Assembly (NCBI RefSeq): GCF_036365525.1 | Contig: NC_090384.1 | Span: 85,408,413 to 85,472,412 of the forward strand | Reading direction: 5' to 3' | Origin: Heterodontus francisci | Taxonomy: Eukaryota | Length of the DNA: 64,000 bases | In this document: in pieces, positions 36,740 to 49,879 of the stretch | Layout of the letters: every line of letters begins with the position of its first letter | Numbering within the stretch: the first letter of the stretch is position 1 | Position numbers and translations under genes: made by a program | The notes under the pieces: generated by a model | Told to the model about the DNA's origin: nothing | Database searches by the model: none | The model's input: only the letters and a program-made list of their open reading frames with translations

Positions 36740-36874
36740 CTGACTTGACTGGATTCAGTTGTAAATAGTCCGTAAAGAAATACAAATAATCCGACCAGGG
36801 CAGCAGGAATAAGCATCCCGGTATACCAACCCAGCCATGCAAAATACAGCCCAATCTTTTCGCCAAAGTATCGC
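36740..36874 (-). CDS. ANO3: Anoctamin-3 coding exon (TM1), 135 nt, phase 2-2
   Basis: cactgcag|GCGATAC...AGTCAG|gtagga; (R)[44 protein letters not shown](S); anoctamin [14 protein letters not shown] signature. Confidence 0.97.
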
Positions 36875-37191
36875 CTGCAGTGAATGACACAAAAGCATTA
36901 GCATTGTTTAACATTGTACTGAGCTCTGCGTTTCTGTGAAAGATTGGTGGAATGGAAATTATTGCAAAGTGTTGTAACTGAGCACACCTAAATATATAAC
37001 AAGAATTACACACCTAAAGAAGTGTCAAAAAGATACAGAGGAAGTTTTATTTCATAGACTACAATGAACCTTTAGGAATATAAATATGTATAAATTTCAC
37101 AAATCGTTCTTGTAGTCTGGGCTACTCCCACCTCCTACCCGCTCAATTTATGCTACCTGTTGCTTTTATCCTATTAATTCTGAGCACCTGA

Positions 37192-37534
37192 TTTTAGAGA
37201 TACAGCACTGAAACAGGCCCTTCGGCCCACCGAGTCTGTGCCGACCATCAACCACCCATTTATACTAATCCTACACTAATCCCATATTCCTACCACATCC
37301 CCACCTGTCCCTATATTTCCCTACCACCTACCTATACCAGGGGCAATTTATAATGGCCAATTTACCTATCAACCTGCAAGTCTTTGGCATGTGGGAGGAA
37401 ACCAGAGCACCCGGAGGAAACCCACGCAGACACAGGGAGAACTTGCAAACTCCACACAGGCAGTACCCAGTATTGAACCCGGGTCGCTGGAGCTGTGAGG
37501 CTGCAGTGCTAACCACTGCGCCACTGTGCCGCCC
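37192..37534 (-). mobile_element. HE1-like V-SINE
   Basis: Reverse complement of 35573-35912 with few differences. Confidence 0.9.
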
Positions 37535-37555
37535 CACAGTGCTGCAATAAACACT

Positions 37556-39176
37556 GGGCCAGATCTTGCTGGAAAATGCGGACAACGCACACCATTATTA
37601 ACAAGCACATGGACCAGCACATTCAGGGGATTAAGAGATACGACATAAGTGGTGAATCTCCAGAACTTGCTGATCGAGTTACATCTCTCCATTATTTGCT
37701 TTGCACAAACGGCATCTCTGTGGGGGAATTACTGGGCTCAATTTTATTCTCCCGCCGCCGGGGATGGTAGCGGGAAAAAAATGGCGGCCCGCATCCGCCA
37801 AGCCACCACGATCTAGCACACAGTGGCTCATCTACTTAGGCAGGGCACTCTGCCACTCCCCCCAATCATGTGGTGGAGGTGGGCACTGCGACACCAGCAA
37901 AAGCATCGGCTCCCTCTGCGCAGGCGCTGGCGCCATTTTTAAAGGGCTGCTAGACCTGCACAGAGAGAAAAAAGTTCAGCTCCAGAATCCCTCCCCACCC
38001 TTGCTGCACTGTACGTAATTGTGTGACCCATTCCCCCCTTTCCCACCTCAAACACTTAAATTCAATAGTTGACCTCTTTTCCGCACTTCAACTGCACAAA
38101 GTGCAGAGGTCACCCATTCAGCACCCCACACTAGAAAGTCAGAGTTGACCCCATTCACTGCCCCCCAATATTTACTACACTAAAAATCCGAAGATTTCCT
38201 TTCCCCACTTCAGCGGCACCAGCTTTCCCTGGATGGCAAAGTGAAGGCACGCGAGTGCCGACCGTTGCACAGAAGATCGCGGACAGTGTTAAGATCGCGG
38301 GGAATAGTATGTTAATGTATATATGTCCTTTATTTCAATATTTAAAGTTGAGTCCCATCACCAAGCAGTGGGGGGACTGCCACGGAGCCTCAACACGGTG
38401 AGGAAGATCGCCCGGAAATCCCAACGTTGGGTTCCATGGCAGGCCGCTGCTGCTGCAATCTTCTAGCCCCTTCTGTCACGGAGCCCAATGTCTGGAGCTC
38501 AACAAAATTCAGCCCACTGTGTGCTCGGTGAGGGGAGTCACTGAGAGCTTGGTGCGAGGAAGCCACTGTGTGATGGCTGTGGGGCGAGGCCCTATTAGCC
38601 ACCCCAATTCCTTTTTGGAAGCTTGCATGATTTACACATGAATTGTCTATTAAATTGGCCACAGAAAAATAGGGTTGGAACTTAACAGCATAATACCTTT
38701 TTAACAAGGTGATAAATGTTAATGCAAAGCCAATCAACCCCTTCAGCCCAGAAAGGGAACATTTTAAACTACTGAATCTCATTCTTACAGGTGCTAAGTA
38801 AATTATTGTTAAAGATCTTTAAAATTTGAGTTTTTAGATTCTACAATTTTTCTTGCCTTTCTTTTCTGCCTCTTTTTCTCTTAAACCAATCTTTCTTTCA
38901 CTCTATTTTTCTTTCTGTACTGATTCTATTCTAATTTACCCTATTCTGTTGTTCCTCTATTTCTTTCTTGATTCTCAAATCTCATTGGTTAAGGAGACAG
39001 ACTGTTGGTCCTGCCATTCACTAAGGTCCCAGATGCCCAATGGCCTTCAGCTCGCTGTTAACAGCTCGCAGTTCCAGCAAGTTGTGCTGCAAAAAATTTT
39101 GAGTTCAAGGTTGCAGGAAAAGGGTTCAACTAATGGCGCATTCCTGATAATGTCCCACTCCAGCAAGATTTGGCCC
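37556..39176. mobile_element. Harbinger-type non-autonomous element with a nested MITE
   Basis: TIR GGGCCAGATCTTGCTGGA / TCCAGCAAGATTTGGCCC (17/18); flanks act / aat. Confidence 0.75.
37734..38515. mobile_element. Harbinger-type MITE
   Basis: GGGCTCAATTTT ... AAAATTCAGCCC; TSD ACT/ACT. Confidence 0.87.
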
Positions 39177-39594
39177 AATTCAGTTTTTAAATTTTCAAAA
39201 TATTCAAAGCTTTCCTTTCTCCTTCCTGCATTCTGCAGTAATTTCAAAGTGTATATCATTATGCAATCTTGAGCAAACATATTAGTGTTTTTCAGGCTTT
39301 GCGTTGTTGATTGTCAACCTGTTGTTTAAATGTTAAAACAAGCTGAGGCAAGCCATCTCCTTCCATCACTCTGCGGTGGCGCTGCAGCTGCCGGCCTCTG
39401 ATTGGTCAGCAGCTTTCCAAGTGCGGGACTTCCGGTGACAGGGTCCTTGAGCCTGTGGAAGGCCTGCTGCTATCCACTTAAGTGCCTGATTGGTACTAGA
39501 TTCGGTGGGCCTTCCTAAGGAGAGGCAACATGGGGATCTCAGCATCGCCTTTTCTGGATGCCGTGACTCCCGTCGCCAGAATAAAATCCTAACC

Positions 39595-40650
39595 AGAGAG
39601 TTGTCGAGATTTGGAAAACTCCACCGGAAAAAGTGGTGGAAGCTGATTCATAAATAATTTTAAAAGAGAGTTGGATGGTACTCAAGGACAAATAACGTAC
39701 AGGCTTACAGACAAAAAGTGGTGACATGGGATGAAGCACAACCACTCTTTCAAAGAGCCAGCACAAGCATGACAGGCAGAATGGACTCCTTCCATGCTTA
39801 AGTTGCTACAATTCTGTGATTCTAAATGGTGTAGAGAAGCAAAGGAACCGAGTGGTAGAAATTCACAAATCATTAATAGTAGGAACACAAATTAAAAAAG
39901 CCATAAAAAAACAAATGAAGTTCTATGGCTCATTTTTATGAAATTCAAAAGCAGAGAAGCTATGTTAAACTGATATAGAACATTGGTTAGAACATTAGAT
40001 TGCTGTGCACAGTTCTGGTCTCCATATTACAAAAAAGATATAAAGGAACATGAGAAAGTGCAAAAAATGTTTACAAGGGTGATATCAGAGTTGAAAGATT
40101 ATAACTTATTTTTTGGCCTCCTTGTCTCGAGAGACAATGGGTAAGTGCCTGGAGGTGGTCAGTGGTTTGTGAAGCAAACTAACTATGAGGAAAGATTAAA
40201 CAGGCTGTGTACTTTGCTCTAGAAAAGAGAAGGCTGAGGGGGCAATCTAATAGTTTGATGAGGGGTCATCTGGTTCGGACCTGAAACGTTAACTCTGTGT
40301 TTCTTTCTCCAAAGACCTGCTGAATATTTCCAGCATTTTCTATTTTTATTTCAGATTTCCAGCATCCGCAGTATTTTGCTTTCGGTTCGCATGTGGAACA
40401 TGCTTGCACTCTGTTTAGTGTTTTGTAGCCAGCTTGCTATCCAATCTGCTACATGACCATGTTTGGAATATGTTGAGGCAAATAGCACAGATGCGTTTAA
40501 AGGGAAGCTAGATAACAATGCGAGGGAGAAAGGAATAGAAAGATATTCTGATAGGTTTTAGATGAAGTAGAGTGCAAGGAGGCTCGTGTGGAGCAGAACC
40601 ACTGGCATGAGCCACTTGTGCCGAATTGCCTGTTTCTGTGCTCTAAATTC
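39595..40650 (+). mobile_element. Cluster of CR1 fragments containing a ~70-bp RTE tail (40108-40175, minus) and a Penelope-like repeat (40252-40383)
   Basis: tgtgcacagttctggtctccatattac and CR1 tails; 40110-40175 matches 54190-54258; 40278-40383 matches 42283-42395. Confidence 0.75.
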
Positions 40651-41569
40651 TATGTAATGCATGTCTATGTAAGGGAACAATTTCCATTTCAGTGCAATAC
40701 CAATATATCAAAATACTAATCTAACTCCTGGATTATACTGCCACTTTACCTCTAAACCACTTTACATCAATGTCAAAGAGACAGTATGACTGCAGCCTAA
40801 ATATATAGGTATTAGTAAGAGTATATTCACCATCAATTCAAGTAATTGGGGCTAGTATTTCCACAAGGTGAAACCATAACACTTCTCTTCAGTGTCAGGG
40901 TCTTTTACCAGAACCTACTTATCTAGCTTTAACTGAGTCTTGATCTGGCAGAAATATGCCAGGGCTGTAATTTTGATGATCTATGCTTTGTTAAGGGAGA
41001 TTCATGAAGGGCTGGGAGGAGTAGGAGGAATGAACAATCTCAATCATTTAGCTGTGAGTTTTCATTAAGGAAGGATGCTAAATTAGAACAAAGATCATTC
41101 AACAACTGCCATCTCAATCACTGCCCAATCACCAATCATTGAATGCACACATATAAAATGCTAAAGAAATGGAGTTCTGCAAATTTAAAGTGATATTGCT
41201 GATAAGAAAATTAGATTCTGCTGTCATTTTGATGGACAGTTCTTAAATTGTCCAACAGAAAGCATTTAATCCTTTCACACTCAGTAAAAAAAAATACAGT
41301 CCATATCCATTTTATTATAATAAAAACAAGAAATGCTGGAAATACTCAGCAGGTCTGGCAGCATCTGTGGAGACAGATGCAGAGGTAACATTTCAGGTCA
41401 GTGACCCTTCTTCAGAACTGGCAAATATTAGAAACGTGAAAGGTTATAAGCAAGTAAAGCAGGGGTGGGGCAAGAGATAACAAAGAAGGTGTAGATCGGA
41501 TAAGGTCACAGAATAGCTGACCAGAAGGTCATGGAACAAAGGCAAACAATATGTTAATATTGTTAATAT

Positions 41570-41904
41570 TTCAGGTGAAGCAGCGATTTACTTGTACTTC
41601 TTTCAATGTAGTATACTGTATTGGCTGCTCACAGTGTGGTCTCCTCTACATTGGGGAGACCAAGCGCAGACTGGGTGACCGCTTTGCGGAACATATCCGC
41701 TCAGTCCGCAAGCAGGACCCTGAGCTTCCGGTTGCTTGCCATTTCAACACTCCCCCCTGCTCGCATGCTCACATCTCTGTCCTGGGATTGCTGCAGTGTT
41801 CCATTGAACATCAACGCAAGCTCGAGGATCAGCATCTCATCTACCGATTAGGCACACTACAGCCTGCCGGACTGAACATTGAGTTCAATAATTTCAGAGC
41901 ATGA
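41570..41904 (+). CDS. Penelope-like GIY-YIG endonuclease domain (C-terminal fragment)
   Basis: FTCTSFNVVYCIGCSQCGLLYIGETKRRLGDRFAEH...VACHFN...RKLE...LGTLQPAGLN; GIY-YIG residues Y, Y, R, H, E, N retained; 5'-truncated. Confidence 0.9.
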
Positions 41905-42262
41905 CAGCCCCCCATTTTACTTTCATTTTCAGTTATTTTTTTCTTCCTTTTTTTTTACATTCTTTTTTACATTTTTTACAATCCTTTTTTTTTGCATTTA
42001 GTTCATTTCATCTTAGTTTGTTCAGTTTGCTTACCCACTGTTTTTTTTCAGGTTTGCACTTGCTGCTGTTCAATATTCAGTCCATTAACACCTTTTCTGT
42101 ACTAATGCTTTGTCTTTCAACACACCATTAACATATTGTTTGCCTTTGCTCCGTGACCTTTTGGTCAGCTATGTGGCCTGGTCCAATCTAGTCCTCCTTT
42201 GTTATCTCTTGCCCCACCCCCACCTCACTTGCTTATAACCTGTGACTTTTCTAATATTTGTC

Positions 42263-42299
42263 AGTTCCGATGAAGGTTCACTGACCTGAAACGTTAACT
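42263..42299 (+). ncRNA. Minimal type I hammerhead ribozyme motif in the Penelope pLTR (one core substitution)
   Basis: AGTT-CCGATGA-AGGT(tcactg)ACCT-GAA-ACGT-T-AACT; sibling copies at 44753-44789 (CTGATGA), 41383-41419 (minus, CTGAAGA) and 40252-40294. Confidence 0.7.
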
Positions 42300-43270
42300 C
42301 TGCTTCTCTTTCCACAGATGCTGCCAGACCTGCTGAGTGGTTCCAGCATTTCTTGTTTTTATTTCAGATTTCCAGCATCCGCAGTATTTTGCTTTTATAA
42401 TATGTAAATGGTGTGTTGAAAGGCAAAGTATTAGTACAGGTAGGGTGCAAACGGACTGAAAATTGAACAGCCGCAAGTACAAACATGAAAAAAAAGTGGG
42501 TAAGCAAACTGAACAAACTAAGGTGAAATAAAATAAAATAAACACAAAAAAAATATTAAAAAAGAAAAAGAAAAAATAACTAAAAATAAAAGTAAAATGG
42601 ACGGGCCTGTCATGCTCTGAAATTATTGAACTCAATGTTCAGTCTGGCAGGCATCCGGTGTTGCATCTCATTTACCGATTAGACACACTACAGCCTGCCG
42701 GACTGAACATGCTGATTAATTTGGTCTGGGGGTGTGGCCAATTTTGTGGGTGGGCCTGTTTTCCAACACAATGTTTTTTAACTAGCGTAAAATATGACAG
42801 AAACTCAGCTTGCACTGGACATAACTTAGGCTCAAGATTCCTTGATCTTTTGCTTTGGTTTGGCCGATTTGGGCAAATTGTGCTGAAAAAATCTGTGTAA
42901 CCTTGCAGAAACTGTATCCCACTATGTTTAAATTGAGATGTTTGCAAACACTCCACCTGGTTTACACAGCAACTGCATTTTCATGCTACAAAGTTTGCTT
43001 GAATTCCAACAGATTCTGAGGACCTCTCTACCCAAAACTGTTCAGAGGGAGACAAACCAAGGTTCTCCTGTTATTCTGGATTGCCAAATGTCGAAGAATT
43101 CAGCTCCTCCTCTAGTTGTATGCTTGTTGGAAACATTCAACATTTTAGACTTTTGCTTTGTTTTAAATCTATAATATTAACCTTAATTTAGCAGGCATCT
43201 TTTAGAAGGCCAAAAAAGTGTAACAATTAGCAGTGTCATTCATTGGAAATACACTACTGGAGCAATCTTT

Positions 43271-43497
43271 GGGCTGAATTTTCGCCAAGGTCACTGGAGG
43301 GGTGGAGGGGGGGGGCTGGTGGAATGGGGGGCTCAAGACTGAACATAAAGTCATCATCCTAACCACACCTCTCCACCGTGACCCTGACTGATTTTACTGA
43401 GTTAAGCGATTAGTTATCCAGGCTCACTGATGGTTTGAGAGCTGAGAACTTGCGAGAAGACATTTTGTGTTCTCTTCAAAGTCAGAAAGTTGGCCCC
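43271..43497. mobile_element. Short Harbinger-type MITE
   Basis: gggctgaatttt ... aaagttggcccc. Confidence 0.5.
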
Positions 43498-44101
43498 TAT
43501 ACATCAGTATAAGAAGAGCTTAAAGAGGAATATAACACAAAAGATTAACAGCTAAAAAACTGAAAGAAAATTGAAACTATCTGTCCTCAGCTCTAGAAGT
43601 CAATAACATTGAATATAGGGGAGCAAACTGTCACAAAATATGTGGAGAATAAACTCATGTCATTGTGAAGGTGCTGGGGCTTTAGACAATGTGGGCGTGG
43701 GATATCACGTTTGGTGTATTCCTGCATTTGCTTCTGATCAAATAGGGTTTTATAACAATGAGTTCACTGCTTTCATTCTTTTTTTTTTAGCTTACATGTT
43801 TTCTAATTAATGTTGCACTCAGAGTCCTGTTGTAAGAATATTGCTACTTCAGCAGTTCAGCATGTTATAACAAGTTTAAAGCAATAACAGGCTGCCTTTC
43901 AGATAATATTTTATCAAATTAAAAACTCATAAGGCATTCGGCTACAAAAAATGGCACCGTGAAATCCAAGTAAGCAAATATATATGATTAATATTAATAA
44001 CATGACACATAACATGAATTAATTGTGCATGGTTGTAATCTTCAGGGCTAAGTTAGAAGAAAGATGCAGAGTAATGATGTACATAAAGCAAATCTTCCTA
44101 C

Positions 44102-44223
44102 CTGATGAGATCTAATGGCTGGTACTTGTACCACATGCCCCAACGAGCCCAGCGCTCATATAGTAAGTGCCGGTGATTAAGTGCGCCATGTGTTTTGATT
44201 GGATGGCTGCTCTTGTAGCTTCC
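44102..44223 (-). CDS. ANO3: Anoctamin-3 coding exon, 122 nt, phase 0-2
   Basis: ctatgcag|GGAAGC...ATCAG|gtagga; [40 protein letters not shown](R); [10 protein letters not shown] and LDLIR favour ANO3 over ANO4 (comparison from memory). Confidence 0.96.
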
Positions 44224-44749
44224 CTGCATAGAGAAAGGATTGCTTAAAATGATACATGCAACTCTGGAAAACGACCTCACACAAATACATATTGGATTAA
44301 AACACAGGATACTATCTTAGAAATACAAATATAATACACTGCGGCTCATGTTTGGACAAACATGGCACAAGCTATGGAGATGGTTTTTGCGGTGCATTGA
44401 TGCACAATGCTTGAAATGAGCCAGGGTATACGGAGCTGAATGTTACAAAAATAGATGCTAGCATTGTCAAATTTAAGTTCCAGAGATAACTGATTAACTG
44501 TGAGAAAAGTAGATGCTCAACGAGATTTGACTGGCACTGATGAGATAGAAGGAAGAAGAATGTAGCAGCCCATAGGTTTTGACAGTCAGAAGGGTAGACA
44601 TACAATAAAGCACTCAAGCTTATACAGACGTAAGAGAAAAATGCACCATTAAAGCTCTGCAGAACTTGAAAAGAACAGATTTCCTAAAGTAATTTCAAAT
44701 ATAGTCTGAAGCATAAGAGAAAATAAAAAACAGAACAATGCTACCCAGA

Positions 44750-44886
44750 ACCAGTTCTGATGAAAGGTCATCAAAATGAAACGTTAACTCTGTTTTTCTC
44801 TCTACAGATTATGTCTGGCCTGCTCAGTATTTCCAGCATTTTCTGTTTTTATTTCAGATTTCCAGCATTTACAGTACTTTGCTTTT
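44750..44886 (+). repeat. Short Penelope-like pLTR repeat with hammerhead core
   Basis: Homologous to 42262-42397. Confidence 0.85.
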
Positions 44887-45697
44887 GTACTAATGTTTAA
44901 ATGAATCTCGGCTATTTTTCAAATCAAAGACACTGGTTCTTGAAGCAGAATTACAGAATTGTTACAGCACAGAAGGCGGCTATTTGGCCCATCGTGTTTG
45001 CACTGGCTTTCCAAAGGAGCAGTTTACCTAGTGCCACTCCCTCACTTTCTCCCCGTAGTCCTGCACGTTCTTTCTTTTCAGATAACAATCCAATTCCCTC
45101 TTGAATACCTCGATTGAACCTGCCTCCACTACACTGTCAGGCACTGCATTCCTGATCTTAACCATGTGCTGCGGGAAAATGTTTTTCCTCATGTCACCAT
45201 TGCTTCTTTTGCCAATTACCATAAATCCGTGCCCTCTCGTTCTCAATCCTTTCACGGTTGGGACAATTTCTCTCTATCTACTCTGTCCAGACCCCTCATG
45301 ATTTTGAATACCTCTATCAAATCACCTCTCAACCTCTTCTCCAAGGTAAACAGTCCCAGTTTCTCCAATCTATCAATGTAACTGAATTTCCTTATCCCTG
45401 GAACCATTCACATGAAACTTTTCTGGACTCTCTCTAATGCCTTCACATCTTTCCTTATTTGCAGTGCCCAGAACTGGACACAATATTCCAGTTGAGGCCA
45501 AATCAGTGTTCTATACAAATTTAACATAACTTTCTTGTTTTTGTGTTCTATACCCCTATTAGTAAAGCCTAGGATGCTGCATGCTTTATTAACTGCTTTC
45601 TCAACCTATCCTGCCATCTTCAGTGATTTACATACATACCCACCCAGGTCCCTCTGCTCCTGCACCTCCTTTAGGATTGTACCCTTTGTTTTATATT

Positions 45698-46354
45698 GGC
45701 CGGAATTTTACGTTGTGGGGGGGGGAGGGCCCACCCCCACCCTCCGGCCAAAAAGCCTCCGGCCAAAAAGCCATGCCAGGATATTACGCCACCCCCCCCC
45801 CCCCCCACCCTGGGCCCTTAATTGGACTTGGGCAGGACTTCCACATCTCTGAAGCAGTAAGTCTCAATTAATGGAGCTGCCGACCAATCAGCAGGTCAGC
45901 AGGCTAGCAGCTCTCGTTCCCAGCCACAGCACCAAGAGGGATGACGGTCCCGAAAACAAGGTACATTTTTAGGGCCTTGCCGGGGACAATCGGCCGGGGC
46001 CTGGCGAGGAAGAGGTGGGGGGGAGGGGGGGGGTCAGGTGGGGGGGGGGGGGGGAGTAGACTTTATTTCAGTGAGGCTGGTTGGGGCCTTGGGGTCCACA
46101 AGAAGGGTCTGAGTCGCCCGTCCGCCACCGGTAAAATACCAGCAGCAGTGTGAAGAGGCCCTTAAGTAGCAGTTAATTGGCCACTTAAGGGCCTTGATTG
46201 GCCTGGGGCTGGCGAGTCATTTCTTGCTGCCGTCACCCCTCATAAAATTGCAGAGGGGCAGGAAGCTGTTGGGAATGGTCCCCCCTGCCTCCCACTCAAT
46301 TTTATAGCCCCCCGCCTGCAGCCCACTCCTGTGTGTGGCTGTAAAATTCCGGCC
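45698..46354. mobile_element. Harbinger-type MITE inserted in CR1
   Basis: Perfect 14-bp TIR GGCCGGAATTTTAC / GTAAAATTCCGGCC; TSD ATT/ATT; CR1 is continuous across the site. Confidence 0.93.
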
Positions 46355-47204
46355 ATTGTCTCTCTGCATTCTTCCTACCAAAATGAATCACTTCACACTT
46401 CTCGGCATTAAATTTCATCTGCCATTTACTTGCCTATTCCACTTACCTTTCTATGTCCTTTTGAAGTTCTACACTATACTCCTCACAGTTCACAATGTTC
46501 CAAGTTTCATATCATCCAGAAATTTTGAAATTGTGCCCAGTACATGAAGGTCTAGATCATCAATATATATCAGGAAGAGCAAGGGTCCTAACACTGACCT
46601 CTGGGGAGTTCCACTGCAAACCTTCCTCCAGTCTGAAAAAAAATCCATTAACTACTACTCTCTGTTTCCTGTCATGCAGCCAATTTTGTATGCATGTTGC
46701 CACTGTCCCTTTTATTCTATAAGCTATAACTTTGCTCACAAATCTGTTTTGTGGCACTTTATCAAATTCCTTTTGGAAGTCCCAGTTTACCACATCAACT
46801 GCAATACCCTCATCCACTCTATCTTACCTCATAAAAAACTCAAGCAAGTAGTTTAGCATTATTTGCCCTTCACAAATCTGTGCTGGCTTTCCTTAATTAA
46901 CTTGCATTTTTCCAAGTGCCTATTAATTTTGTCCTGAATTATCATTTCTAGAAGCTTCCCTATCACCAAGGTTTAAACTGACTGGCATGTGGTTGCTGGG
47001 CTTATCTTTACACTCTTTTTTGAACAAGGGTGTAACATTTGCAATTCTCCAGTCCTCTGGCACCAACCCTGAGTCTAAGAAAGACTGAAAAATTATGGCC
47101 AGTGCCTCAACAATTTCTATTTACTTGCCTCAGTATCCTTGCATAGATCTTATCCGGTCCTGGTGTCTTATCAACTTTAAGATATCCTATCAGTCCTAAA
47201 CAAG

Positions 47205-47800
47205 CCTATCCAGAGGCTCGGAATGCTGCGGCGAGTTAACTCACCTCCTGACTTCCAAAGCCTGTCCACTAACTACAAGACACAAGTCAGGGGTGTGATG
47301 GAATATTCTTCACTTGCCTGGATGGGTGCAGCTCCAACAACACTCAAGAAGTTCGACACCATCCAGGACAAAGAAGCCCGCTTGATCGGACCCCCATCCA
47401 CAAACATTCACTCCTTCCACCACCAATGCATGGTGGCAGCAGTGTGTACCATCTACAAGATGCACTGCAGCAATGCACCAAGTCTCCTTCAACAGCACCT
47501 TCCAAACCCGCGACCCCTACTACCTAGAAGGACAAGGGCAGCAGATACATGGGAACACCGCCACCTGCAAGTTCTGCTCCAAGCCACACACCATCCTGAC
47601 TTGGAACTATACCGCCGTTCCTTCACTGTCGCTGGGTCAAAATCCTGGAACTCCCTTCCTTACAGCACTGTGGGAAGTACCTACCTGACATGAACTGCAG
47701 CAGTTCAAGAAGGCAGCTCACCACCACCTTCTCAAGGGCAATTAGGAATGGGCAATAAATGCTGGCCTAGCCAATGAAGCCCATATCCTATGAATAAATA
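47205..47800 (+). mobile_element. 3' fragment of the tRNA-headed LINE family, nested in CR1
   Basis: MEYSSLAW...IQDKEARLIG...YKMHC...SWNSLP; colinear with 11350-11918. Confidence 0.88.
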
Positions 47801-49879
47801 TTTAAAAAAGTACCTCCTCCTTGCCAATTTTAAAACCTTCAAGTGTTTGGATAACTTCTGCTCTTTCACCATGACCTGCACAGCATTTTCTTCCTTGACA
47901 GATGCAAAGTATTCATTTTTTACCTCAGCCATGACCCCACCTCCATGCATAGGTCCCCTTTTTGGTTCCTAATTGGCCCCACTCCTTCTTTTACTACCCT
48001 TTTACTATTTATCTGCCCAGAGAAAACTTTTAGATTCCCTTTTATATTAGCTGCCAGTCTCTTTTCATACTCTCTCTTTGCTTCTCTTATTTGCTTTTTC
48101 ACTTCCCCTCTGAACCTTCTATGTTCAGCCTATTTCTCAGCCGTATTATCCACCTGACATCCATCATTTTTTCTTCCTCATCTTAATCTCTATCTGTTTC
48201 ATCATACAGGGAGCTCAGGATTTGTTTGCCCTACCTTTCTCCGTTGTGGGAATATATCTTGACTGTGCCCAAACTAACTCTTCTTTAAAGTTACCATTTT
48301 GCCTGTCAAGCTTTGACTCCAATTTATCTGGGTCAGATCCATTCTTACCCGATTGAAGTTGACTTTTCCAATTTAATTATTCTTACTCTGGATTGTTCCT
48401 TGTTCTTTTCCATAGCCAACCTAAACCTTATGATACAATGATCACTGACTGGAAACATACAAGCTATAGATCTGAGGCATATTAATATCTGTAGCAGGGA
48501 GAATTCAAAGAAGGGACATAATTCTGAGGTTTCTGAAGGATACTATTTACTCATAAAGGTACAACAAATTATAGTGTTTGGCTTCAAAGCTTGATTGCCA
48601 AGGGCCAGCAAAGACTTAAAGTCTCACTTCACAGTGGAGAAAATTAAATTGGCTCAGGAACGTGGAGGCGAGGAGATTAAGATCACTGCAGTGTTTTGGT
48701 CGTATGCTAACTCTTGTCATGTAATATACTTACTCCCAGCTACAGGTTACTTCTTGAGCGCCTGCTGATTAACATGGACATCAAATATTACAGCTAGTGG
48801 TACTCAGAGATTTGAACAAACTTACATTCACAAAACAATTCATGTCCTCTCCCTCCTTCCCTCTCTTGACACTTCCCCAACTTCGGCCTCTAGTCTTGCA
48901 GATCATTTAACATAGATGGCACTGACTGGTGAAATGTAGCAGCATAAACTGCTGAATTTATTAAAAGGGTTTGGCACCTCTGAATTAAAACAGACTTGAA
49001 GGGGATACATTCAGAATTTGTTCAACTAATTCTCAAGGGGCCTAATTAGCGCAGGCTCTTATTTATGTTTTCGAGTTGATGTTGTCACAATACATCACCA
49101 TGTCAAATAAAATGCTACTGTGAGCAGGTTTAGATCCAAGGGGGAAAAAAGGCTCGCCTGCCTTAATCTGGAGTTGGAACTCAGTTCAGTCTACCCAGTA
49201 ATAAATGGAGGTCAGGGAATTATTGAGGTTTACACAGATGTACTTTTCAGAAAATTAAATTGCAAAAACATAATGACAGAATACACCTTTCAGCAAAATG
49301 GCTTCTGCATTTTGATTAAACTTATTAGTGTGTGACGCTATGTATCGCCGCTTGACCAGATAAACTCAGGAACGCAGACATTGCTTAAATGTATAGCAGA
49401 GATTTCCTCTCAGAACTGATTCTTAATGATACTCAATTTAAAGACATGAATATTTTGCTGTGCTGCTTGAACTTAACATTTTAATTAGAGATCAATGAAC
49501 TGAAGAGTCATCGCACAACATCACTGCTAGCCCATATGTTGAGTTTTAACAAATCAAAATCAAAATCCTCGCAGGAGTAAGTTCAGTGAGTGGTTTTGGT
49601 GCAGAAACTCATTTACACCTAGTTTTAGGCAGTGATGCAGCTCCAACATGTGCCCAAACTGGAAGGTCCGAGGCCAGCCTGAATTTGGCCTTCTATTTAA
49701 ACTGGGAAAAAAGACACCACAGGCAGCTTGGCCATTTCAGTCAGATGAATTTCAGGCCATTGCCTTGCCCTGGTAAGCTGTTAGTTCTTCGCTGGATTTG
49801 AAAATATGTAATTTCTGTGCTACTTGTCAATTGCCTTATCCTTCAGGGTGAATAGCAAAGGGAAGAATCCTTATGCTTG

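Larger units (their letters stand above)
41319..42710 (+). mobile_element. Penelope-like element remnant with direct and inverted pseudo-LTR segments
   Basis: 41319-41556 is the reverse complement of ~42130-42365; 42405-42652 is the reverse complement of ~41860-42130; 42662-42710 repeats 41832-41879. Confidence 0.88.
44947..48450 (-). mobile_element. CR1 LINE, decayed, with two nested insertions
   Basis: DFQKEFDKVP, IQNWLHDRKQRVVVNG, KQIREAKREYEKRLAANIKGN, RTRGHG; tail at 44947-45010. Confidence 0.9.
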
